DNA of 64,000 bases, counting the filler, from Dirinaria sp. TL-2023a (Eukaryota): assembly GCA_051941275.1 (NCBI GenBank). It is 14 parts of 14 records of this genome, joined end to end, with 100 filler letters (N's around TTAATTAATTAA, not from the genome) between each part and the next. Parts side by side here need not be neighbours in the genome. Positions count along the whole stretch, not along the records: positions 23,083 to 27,571 come from JAVEBF010001832.1; positions 27,672 to 32,159 come from JAVEBF010001833.1; positions 32,260 to 36,742 come from JAVEBF010001834.1; 11 more parts are not named here. One strand, given 5' to 3'. Each line of letters opens with the position of its first letter. The first letter of the stretch is position 1. The translations under genes were made by a program, and so were the position numbers. The notes under the pieces are model-generated. The model had not been told where the DNA came from. It was given only the letters and a program-made list of their open reading frames with translations, and ran no database searches. Positions 26,167 through 36,644 of the stretch are shown here, piece by piece.

Positions 26167-27194
26167 ATGGCGGCTCTAAGATCTTCTCGCGATCTGCAAT
26201 TTTCGATGGCAGGTGACCGTTCTAGAGCCAACAGACCAATCCAAACGCTAAAGACACCTGAGCAGGGGCTAAAGCGTTCCACTACGAATCAAATACAAGG
26301 TGATAGCAGAGAAACCAATGAGACATGGACTACTGTACGCCGTAAAGACGCTGCGAGTAAACTTGGGAAATTCGATGTGCACGACCAAGCTCTCGGCAAT
26401 CCTGTGCCCAGCAAGGAAGTTCAAAGTCGAAAAATCCCAGACGCTGACGGTGATATTGGTGACGACAAGCGCTCAACCAGATTACCCCGGCATATGTTCA
26501 AACCAGGTTTGATTGTGAGAGCCCCCCTACATGTAAGTCTTGTTTTTTCTTCGTGTCCTTTGTAGGAGAGGCATATCTGAAAAGAGCTTTCAGGCTGCTC
26601 TCTTAAGACTGGTATACTCGCCACATAACCTACAACGCTTATTGTCAATTTAAATCATATAACGCTGACCAAAGAGCACACTAGGAGCAAGACTACGGTG
26701 GAGCCGGCGCTACAAATCCCACTATGAATACGAATATCACGGAGAGCCGCTTTGGTAGGATCCACACGAAATACAGAAAAATGATTGTAGCTGCCTGCTA
26801 TGCCGATCGTGAGTACTGTTCTAATAATTGTCTTGAAACCCTTAGCTGTTCACATCCGCTTGCTGACAACTGCAATTTCACAGATTACGTCGCCATACCC
26901 GTGTTTACACATAATGGTAACGGTCTTCGGTTCAAGCAAAATCCAAATGAGTATGTTTCCATCTTCGACCATCGGAGCACATCTCCATTCAACGCACTGT
27001 CCAATCACAAAGCCTTGCGGACGAAACATCTTGAATCGAACGTCTACCTATACGATCCTTTATCGGCGGCACATTTGACATATCCTTGCCCTCGCAAATA
27101 TACGCTCAAGGTAGTTTACGAGGGATACTTAGATCCAGACTCGGCTAGCCAACTTGTTGCCTTATGCGGTCGGATCTTCCCTCTGATGCGCTAA
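26167..27194 (+). CDS. DUF6590-like / PemK-MazF-fold protein, paralog B
   Basis: Exons 26167-26532, 26685-26808 and 26884-27194 with canonical GT-AG introns, in frame: FKPGLIVRAPLHEQDY...FGRIHTKYRKMIVAACYADHYVAIPVFTHNGNGL...DPLSAAHLTY...VVYEGYL. Confidence 0.8.
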
Positions 27195-28076
27195 CGAGCT
27201 GTATACAAACCACGACAAGGGCCTTGAGCTAGTCTCAAGGAGTTCGCTAGTAAGTCGCCCTCCGGACAAGCAGTGCTAAAGTAAGGCATATAGCAGCCCT
27301 GCCATTGTTTCCTCTAGTAGCTCTATACGGCTTTGGATGTACCAAGTAATCGGAATGGATCAGGACCAGCTAGGTAATTATTTCCGTAATTAATCCAAAA
27401 GTTTCTTTCTCAACTTGCCGATTTCCATAGAGATTATTACAGTCTGACGAACTTTTTTTGCCGCTGAACAGGTGTCGAGCTACCTCGACGAAAGATCAGT
27501 TCAAGGCTATTAGAATGCTTTCGCATTCTGTTATGAGTCAATGCCACGACATAATGATTATAGAACCAGCTNNNNNNNNNNNNNNNNNNNNNNNNNNNNN
27601 NNNNNNNNNNNNNNNTTAATTAATTAANNNNNNNNNNNNNNNNNNNNNNNNNNNNNNNNNNNNNNNNNNNNTAGCTGGGTGTCACGCCCTTACCTTACCT
27701 TTACTGAAAAAACCCCAACGCAACGCTGCTGCTTGTTCCCAACGACACAGCTTTCAGTAAATAAGGTACCTAACCCAGCCAGCCAAAAAACCATGAACCC
27801 TACTTATATATATGCTACAAGACATTGGAGCGGCGGTTTGACAATGAAAGGATCGGGGCATCGGAACTGAGAAAAAGGAAACAAGAAAAAAAGAGAAAGA
27901 AAAAAATGCTGGCGCATCGGGAATATAAGTGGAAGACGCCAATGGGTATAGATCGGATATAACGCTGCTGTAAAATAAATGGACCTTGCTGAATAGCCGG
28001 GAGGGGGGAGGTTTTTTTTTTTTCCTTCCAGGTTTTGACGCGTAGTAGTGTTACACATCGCCAACATGATTTGACT

Positions 28077-31000
28077 TTATAACGGTGCTTTGGTCTCCGG
28101 AATCTCAATGCCCTTCTCCATTTTCGGAGGGATCCCGCCGCCATATCCTTGCGGTGCTACCGCCACTTTGACACCATACGGATCCGCATTGTTTGTTGGC
28201 TGCAAGGAAGCTTTATCGGGTGGGGATTTCTGCGCGCTGGTAACAACATCCAAGGGCCCTCGTTGCTCCATGTTTGGCGGCCGACTCAGAACACTCGCTG
28301 GCTCCGTGTTCTGTTTGTCACTAGGTGTTCGTGGAGAGACACGCCCATTCTAATAAGAAAACAACATTAGAAACGCTAGCTTGATCAAAAGTTCATGCTG
28401 ATGATGATGAGGGGCTCACCTCCTTGGCGTATCTCAGACCACAGCTGTTACAGAGATCTCTGTTCCCGCTCGGTCCTCTCCTCCATTCTGGAGTGACCCT
28501 GGTGTGGCAGTTCGCGCAGTCTTTCTGCAAATGGCCTGCTCCATTCCTGCGCTTTCTTTTTTTCTTGCTTGATAAAAGACTCTGCAATTCCTCTGCCAGC
28601 AATCGATTTCGTTTCTCCATTTGACGAAGTTCGAACTGCCAGCTGGTGCTGCGAGTAGTCTTGAGTTCATCGAACACGTTCTCTTCTGAAGCTAAGGCTT
28701 CATGTTGTGTACCGATAGCAAGAGCATTCCCCCCTGCTTCGGTAATGACTTGCTCGTTGGGAGGATTCTGGTTTGAATTGGCTGATTTGGGGGTCAAGGG
28801 TCCGCCCGAGACGGCACTTGACGATGTTTCGGGACTTGCAGACTTGGCTTCCGCTTTCGCAGGTGCTCCGCCCGCAGATTGTCGGTTGGCTGTGCTAGAA
28901 TGCCGGGAAAGCTTGAGAAGCCGTGTCTGGGCAACTAAGAACGTTGGTTTTGTGCCTTCCGCCGCGTCGCCAGGATATATGGTGGTCCTGGCTTGCAAAG
29001 TCTGACCGCGCTTGTTTTGAACGTCGTGCTTGAACGTCGCTCTGACACCGGTCCTTGCGAGCTCCAGCATTTTCCCAAATTCGAGTTTCGATTCGGATCT
29101 CATCAAGGCCTGTGCGCTGGTACCTACTAGATCATCTGGTTGACGATCTAGAAGACTTCGTACGTTTGATGATACGAATAGGAACATCCCTGAAGTAGAC
29201 ATCTTCGTCCACAGCTCGCATTCTCCAATGCCGCCAACCGAATCGATGTCTTTTCGAAAGAGTGCATAGACGGGCCGCTCGCGTCCAACCATGATGATGC
29301 ACTTACGCCCTTTGCCTTGCTCTAGATGTAATGATCCGTGGCTCTCGAACCATGTGTAGCCGTTATGTTTTCGCCTGATACGAAAAACCACATTCACGGC
29401 GGAGCCCGTCGAGGTGTCTTTCAGCTCTCGAGTGACCGGGACAATGTCACTGGGATGACACACTGATGAAAGAGCGGTGCCAACAAGCTCACTAGGATCG
29501 TACTCGAGGACCTTTCGACTCGAAGGTGATAGGTACAAAAATAACCCTTTTAGAGAAAGCACGTGCACAACATCGTCAGTGTTCTCGAGAAGGACTTTGT
29601 CCCATATTCGCTTCGAAAGTTCGGATTCGCCGGTACCGATCGTGCTCAGAACTGTCGAGACTTCGTCTCTCCCAACAGTTTGACCTATGTCAGGGTTCGG
29701 CTGGTCATTGTGCTGAGGTATCTGATAATGAGGCAATGGGCCACGTTGGTAATTGATAGTGTAAGTGCCATCTGCGAACCTTTCAGATTTTGTTACAAGA
29801 CTGAGAGAGGGCAGGGTTACGACTGACCTGGATTCTTATTCGTGATCGATGCTGGCTGCTCAACAAGGTCGACTTGAAAACCGACATAGTACTTTATTTC
29901 TTCAGAATCCCAGGTGATTGGAATCATTGTGAGAAGATTCATAAACGGCTGTCCACCTTTCCGGTAGTTGATGATACTGATCTGCATCTCCTGCCGCTGG
30001 TTGATCATGTTCTTAATTCGCAGCACAGAGTTATCATCAACATATTTACGCTTTACGCCTGCCTGGATTTTGCCGTCCGGAGCCTGCAAAAATCGACAGT
30101 TTCTGCCTAGAATCTCGTGTTTAGTGTATCCTGTGAGACGCTCAAAGATGTCCGAACAATACACGATTGGTAGGTCATGCTGAGTAACGTCACAGACGGC
30201 GAATGCACAGGACATATCCACGGCCCCAATGTTGATCAAAGGCTTTGGTCTTGTGGCAACTCGCGTCAAGACACCGAGCATATCAAATCCACTTGAGGAG
30301 TAAGCATTGCGATACTGAGGTACCACGGGTTGAGGCGGTGGTTTCTGCGCACTCTCCCCTTGTGACACTGGCGGTCCGCTTGGAGCCGATATATCAAGGT
30401 TTGCGTTGGACTGCACTTGATCTGGTGGACTCAGTTCCGGAAATCTTCCCAATGAGTTCACCGGAGGTGCTTGTGGGGCGTTTTGCAACGGTATGGGTTG
30501 CTGAGGAAGGTCCTGTGGTGAGACGTTGGATTGGTGGGTTTGAACTCGATCGGACAATTGAAGGGCAGGCATCTTTTCTGTCGGATCCTGCTCAGCATGA
30601 CTTTTATTCATCCCGCCCCCCGGGTCCTCAGTTGGACCTGTTATGGGATTACACATATTCTGCTGCATCGGTGAAGAGGAGAGGTTCGGAGTGAAAGCGG
30701 CCTGTGAGTACATGTTCATTGGCGTCACGTCGCCGTTGTTTTCATGGTTCAACCCGCCGGCCGAGTAGTCCATTCCCATCAACATATTATTCGACATGTA
30801 ATCGCCATGAATGTCGAGAGGCATAGAATTCGAATGATGCAATGACGGATGGTAGGGGGAGGAGGACACCATAGGATTGTAGCCAGATCCAATACCCTGG
30901 AACTGTGTGTCTAGAGCCATTTCCCCAGCAGACTCTCGGCGCCGCGAGTTTTGGCTGTCCATCCTCCGCTGAGCAATATTTCCCGGGCGCTGCGTGAACG

Positions 31001-31379
31001 GAGCGGTATTTGTTGGGGAAGGGTCGAACTGGAAGCCTGCCAGTTCTCCATTACTTCCGGATCCAAACTCCATCATCGAGGGCCTCCCCGGGTCAATACT
31101 TCCTCTGTTGGACCCGTATTGCTGCGACTGCTGGAAACTCCGCCGGCGTTGCATCTCCTTGCTATTCATATTGAGGATGTCGTCCAGCATTTGACCCCCC
31201 ATCACCCCCGAGGTATCCATCCCATTGCCCATCATCATGCCCATCATCGCGTCGTGGTTGTTGAAATCCGTCATGGTCTGCATGTCCTCGGTCGAGTAAG
31301 GTGTCTGGCAGTAGCCACCCATGTTGCTGTAGTTGGACTGATTCATCTTGAGCCAGGAGTCCGCCCGTCCCGAGGACAT
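28077..31379 (-). CDS. wc-1: White collar-1 blue-light photoreceptor / GATA transcription factor
   Basis: LOV domain GRNCRFLQ, two further PAS domains, KKKRKRR NLS and GATA finger CANC-x18-CNSC. Introns 29827-29772 and 28419-28350. Start is 31379 or 31346. Confidence 0.97.
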
Positions 31380-31910
31380 CCGCGGGGTTTGCGCGATATT
31401 ATGCCGATCCTTGCTCTCGAATTCGGTGCTGCTCCCATTCCATGACACTCTGCTTCACATTGCGCCTCCGCAGAACCAAGTTGCGGGGAAATGCGGAGGT
31501 TGCGGAGGTTGCGGTGGCCGTGGAGAGTTGGGCCCAATACGTCAGACAAAGGACGGTTCTACTCCCGGAACACCACAACAGTCAGCAAGCGTGGCGAGTG
31601 AGAGGGCGGTCAGCGGAGAGCTTCGGACAAGGTTTGACAGGATATATGCGCTGAGGCTGGTTGGCGATGTAGGAATGCGACGATAGCGATGTAGCGCAAT
31701 CAGGCCCAATGGCGCTGGAGCATTACGCACTTTCGGCGGGCGAAGGCTCCTTTTTTTCGTTAGGCGACTCAGGGTAACACGAGGGCAGCAAGAAATCGTG
31801 TGTCGGCAATAGACATAATAGCCAACGAAATTGGGTGTCGATGTATTGGGGGGGGAAAGGGTAAGGTATAGGATAGCGCGGCGGTATTTTCAGATTGGTA
31901 GTGGGTAGTG

Positions 31911-32140
31911 GGTAGGTAAGGTAATAGGTAAGGTAGGTAGTAGTAATAATCTTATAATCTTTTTAACTACCTTACCTACCTTACAAAGTACTACTATATC
32001 TGGTTTGGGTGGAGGATTGGAGTCACTTTAAGGGTCCCAGTATTGGTTCGGGAACGCGAGCGACGCAGCGAAGCAGACACACTACGGGAGTAAGGTAGCC
32101 TGGTAGGTAAGGTAGGTAGTTATTACCTTACTTTACCTAC
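31911..32140. repeat. GGTAA/GGTAG low-complexity repeats in both orientations upstream of wc-1
   Basis: GTAAGGTAGGTA (31928-31939) is the perfect reverse complement of TACCTACCTTAC (31973-31984). A similar imperfect pair lies at ~32100-32140. Confidence 0.75.
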
Positions 32141-32259
32141 TTCGTAATCCTCCATAAGGNNNNNNNNNNNNNNNNNNNNNNNNNNNNNNNNNNNNNNNNN
32201 NNNTTAATTAATTAANNNNNNNNNNNNNNNNNNNNNNNNNNNNNNNNNNNNNNNNNNNN

Positions 32260-32484
32260 GGAGTATGACGCAGAAGCGCCTTGGAGATGTAAGTGACCCA
32301 CTGTCAATCTTCTCCATCCTAGCTTTTGGTGCTTGATCTGCCCTTCTGCAATCGATGTGCGCCTCCTCATGTCCCGTTCATTCAGCTCTTCTTCGTCGAA
32401 CTTCTCCTTCTCCGGCTTCCATTCTGGTCCCTGGCCATTGGAGTACGGAGCATACTCGGAATAATCCTCTGTATTGACCGCCAT
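32260..32484 (-). CDS. N-terminus of Mtr-type neutral amino acid permease (3' truncated)
   Basis: MAVNTED...SIAEGQIKHQKLGWRRLT followed by an intron. LGW(K/R)RLT precedes TM1 in this family. Confidence 0.6.
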
Positions 32485-34160
32485 GTTGGGTCGTTGCGGC
32501 TCGGTATGTAGGACGGGTGGAAGCTGCTAAGCCTGCTATATTCTGGCAAGCGGGTGCCGTGGCAGAAGGAGTAAAGAAAAGGGTGAACAATAATATTAGG
32601 ATGAAAGCGCAATCCAAAGCAAATAATAATGGGGGCGGCGACAAGAGCGCACTTGAAGAAGGTAAAAGTGTTGTCTCTCGAAGGCTCCTCGGGAGGGCGT
32701 CCTTTGCAACGAAAAGATCGGAAACCGGTGAGGAGAGGCTTCGGCTCTCGGCTCTCGGCTCAATGTAAAGGCGGAATATGCCACGTGACAGTCCCAACAG
32801 CCAAGCTCTACCGCCAAGACACCACCCTAAGAAGAGACGATAAGGTAAAGTAAATAATCGCGGGCGCCAAGGAGCTTAAATCGAGTTCAGCGGCAGAACC
32901 AAGTGAGACTGTCTCGCTTTGTTGCAAAAAGCAAGCCGTCAGTATTTTATCTCCTTATCTCGCGAGTTCGAAGGTACACGAGCTGTCGGACCGTCATACC
33001 CAACCTCCGTTTGGCGCGAGAGAAGCCACGACGTATCTTATCCATCCTCGCCATCGTAGCAACCGCGCTTGATACAATTACATTAATATTGTTTGGCGCG
33101 GAAATTTCCCGAAAGCCCAGAGGAAGCGTGCCAATGGGCGTGCTGCATTTACTTAATTGAATCTAAGACACCCGAGGTGCAAGGATCACGAGCCGCCATG
33201 TGGTCATCATTGCTCCGAATGTAGATGAACTTCCTGAGCTTCAAGGGAGAATGTGGGCAAGGGATGAGTTCTCGCCAGATCGGACGCCGAGGGTTAAGAA
33301 CTCAAGAAGACAAGGCTGTGAGCATTTCTCTTTTTTTTTTTTTTTTTTTTGTGGGGTCGCAAAATCTCTTCGAGCATCACAGAAGCCACAAGCTCAGATG
33401 AGGGATCATCATGGCTGCTGTCACCTGATTTAATGGAAATGCATTTTCCCCCTAGCATACTGGTTGCAGCTGAAGAATTGTATCCGTCATAATGCTGGTG
33501 GCTTCACAGACTGGTTCACAGATTCCTAGTGCTTTGGGTCTTGGCCGCCCTTTGCGGTTCTCCTCCAATTGTGTGCGCTGCTTAGTCAAACTTGATGATT
33601 GTGTCATCGCCACCAGCGGTCTTCTCACGTTTCACGGAACAAGCAAATGGCATCGTCCCCTCTTATATTTTGCGTTCCGGACATTATCATAGGGGTGTAT
33701 CAGTATTCCGGGTCTCGGATTTGTCTTGAGCAGGGCGAATACCTTTTGCAGAAGTTCATTCTAGGGGTCATACTTGGTGAGGACTGATGCTCCTACTGTC
33801 AGGATGTGACTGGAGATGGTAAGGCAAAATGTCTGGTTTTATTCGCGAGATGGATTTATCACACTGAATTCCCCTGCCCTTCAACTGTCCTGGTGCAATT
33901 TAAAGCGTTTCATGATCTGTTCGAGCTGCTTCAAGCCATTGTATGCTACAAGAACATATAGAATGTTGACAAGTTTTTTACAGGTACGGAAAGTCCGTCT
34001 TACCATGACTAAACCGATCTGCAAGTCGTTTCTGCCTGCCATCTTGACCGTTTGAAAGCCGAGATCCTTTCCTGGCCCTGGGCGCACTACTGAGCGCACA
34101 CAAGATTATAACTGTTCAAGGTTTCGAAATCGTGAAATCCTTGTTACCAGGGTTGGCTGG

Positions 34161-36644
34161 TTAGTTCACGAAAGTCACGCCATCAGGCCAAACAAAGTCA
34201 GGATCACTGAGTGCGTCATGGCATCGTTGCCAAAAAGTGTCGAAGCCCTGCATGCCAGCTGCTTTTGCCCAATCATAGGTTTCGAGCCCAAGAGGGCCTA
34301 CTGCTCTGTAAGCGTCATAGATCGGCAATGAAGTTCTCGAATGGCAACTCACCACATATACATGGAGGATGCGTGGGAGGTTTTTCACGAAGATCGTTTG
34401 TCTTCCCAGTATAGTCCCAGTTCCACGTGGTCCTATTTGACGCAGCTAAATCAGTACAGAGTTTCCGCCAAGGTCATTTCATCCAAATCAAACCGACGTA
34501 CCCCTAAGTTGATGCGTCACATACTGGGAGCGTCCAGCTGCCTGGAAAGCGACCAACAAGCTCGGATAAATCTGTCGAGCTGTTTGCCTGACTTATTGTT
34601 TCTTTCAAGAAACTTCCAGTTCCAAGTGCAGCTGATGAACTAAAGTTGAAAGGATCTCCACGGATCTGCTTCACTGTGCGGTACGTTTTCGCCGAGGCTT
34701 CGGTAACCCACTATATGAGAAAATGTCATTGTCCTGAAGACTATGCTTATCTCGAGAGCTTCACCTTCAAAGACACATTTACTCTGGGCTGCAACTGGTC
34801 CGCGCCCCACGGCCAACCGACGCCTCCTCCTTCCTCGTTGTGCTCTATGAAGTTATAAGTGTAGTAAACACCCCCGTTAGCGCAGTACTTAGAATCCGGG
34901 GGCCCTTTGTTATCTGGAACAAGCGTCAGTCCAGTCAATCAACCACACGAGATCTGGAGAAGAAATCGTTCAGCCGAATGATATCTTGCTCTGCCCATGA
35001 TATTTGCAGACAAGAGCTTTCAACGCACTTTCACGACATAAAATCTCATCAGCATGGGTTGAGATCGCACGACGTACCTGCAGCACATTTGGTTGAATTT
35101 TTATCGTCTTGAAGGTCCGTGAACAGAACCCACATCTTGTTACTCGTAGGTGTTTTCCATAGCGCATCAATAGCTCGTGATAGGATTTCCACCCTTAGCT
35201 TCGCATTCAAATTACTGACATTAGTCAGAGAGCTCGGGCTCACCCAGCTACCGTTAGCCATCATGTCGGAAATGTTGAAGCTTTCAAACCCAAGCTTGGG
35301 ATCGGGTATCCGTTCACCACTGAAGAGCTTCGCTGCTGCATTATCTAGCCCGCTTAAAATTGCACTCCGGAAACTCAAGACTTGGGTTGAAAAGGCTTTT
35401 TGAGCCTCTTGTGGATCGTTCGACGCCACGGAACTTGCAAGAAACGTACCAGCTCCTGAGACAATCGTGCCTGCAGCGGCAATTGCTGGCCCTGCCACTG
35501 GAACAAAGCCCCCTAAGATTGAAAACACAGCACCCAATCCTGCTAGGCTGTTCTGCAGGCCCAAATGCGCGTCTTTCGTGGGAAAGAAATCATCAATTGT
35601 GAAAGTGTCTAAGGCTATGCTTTCCAGCGCGTCTTTCAGCTCATTATATTGATTGACGAGCTGTTGATTGATATTCGTGATTGCCGTTGTGGCTAGCAAA
35701 ACCCAGGGTATCCGCAGTGGCTTCAATGTCCTTCCGAGTTCGATGGCTGTGAAGGACCCCACAGTTGAACAATCCGGAAGATTTAGGCAGGGAGTAGTTA
35801 TTGAGCATCTCCTATTACCGGGCGAGCCCCAAAATTGACGTTCTACCGTCTCGGAAAACGTCTCTCCAGCCCTTCTGCCTTCCCAATAGACTCCATTTTT
35901 ATCTACACCGCCTTGGAGAGCGACTTGCATTTGAGGGTCCACCATCGAATCCATCCAGTTATCTTGTGTTAGATTCCAAATTTGATCACCGCATGGAGTG
36001 TATTGGTATTCGCTGTTTTCTTCATTTTTCGAATACGAAAATAAGTATATGGGACAATTCCACGAAGACCAATCGTAGATACATTGGGTTTCATGGAACG
36101 CCGAAGAAAGACAGTTTCCGAGGCTGGATGCTTCAGAAGTTTCTTTGTATATAGATCTTGAGGGTTCTGAATCCAAAGTCTTCATGATGCAGTAGAATAT
36201 CAAGCTACACATATCGAACGAGGAGCACGTGCTCTCGCCGCATGAAACGAAATTAGAGGGATAACCGTGATAACCAAAGCCTGGCGGTAAGACCGCCGTG
36301 AAGTCACTAAGACTCAGGTAGGCAGAGAAAGCGTCCACTATAAAGTAAAGAACATCTGACTGAGTGGTAGAATTGAAGTGAAACGTAGCATTCCCATTTT
36401 GATATCCGATGTTCTCTGTATAATTCCACAAAATCGTATACTGAATGGTAGAGCTGTTAACCCCATCATTTTCTGCTCTGGGATCGATTCCGTGATAAGG
36501 CACAATATCCTCGTAAGGCGTTCCTAGGCTGACATAGAGCCCATAAGTTCCCTGAGAAATTCCAGCTGTATTGTTATTCGCTGCCAGCGCAGTCTGCTGC
36601 AGATCCAGCAGAAGAAGATAACTCAAAGACCAAAACCAAGACAT
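34161..36644 (-). CDS. Large secreted glycoprotein of unknown function, five exons, with one in-frame TAG (34504-34506)
   Basis: Signal peptide, N-glycosylation sequons and Cys-rich regions. Introns 35077-34914, 34764-34711 and two further ones link exons through WTLPVCDAST*GTTWNWDY...HPPCICGPLGLETYDWAKAAG to TAA at 34161. Confidence 0.75.

Noticed and set aside
27444..27500. Hammerhead ribozyme (CTGACGA ... stem ... GAAA)
   Set aside because: The GTCGAG/CTCGAC stem does not directly follow CTGACGA, and no stems I/III with a cleavage triplet could be built.
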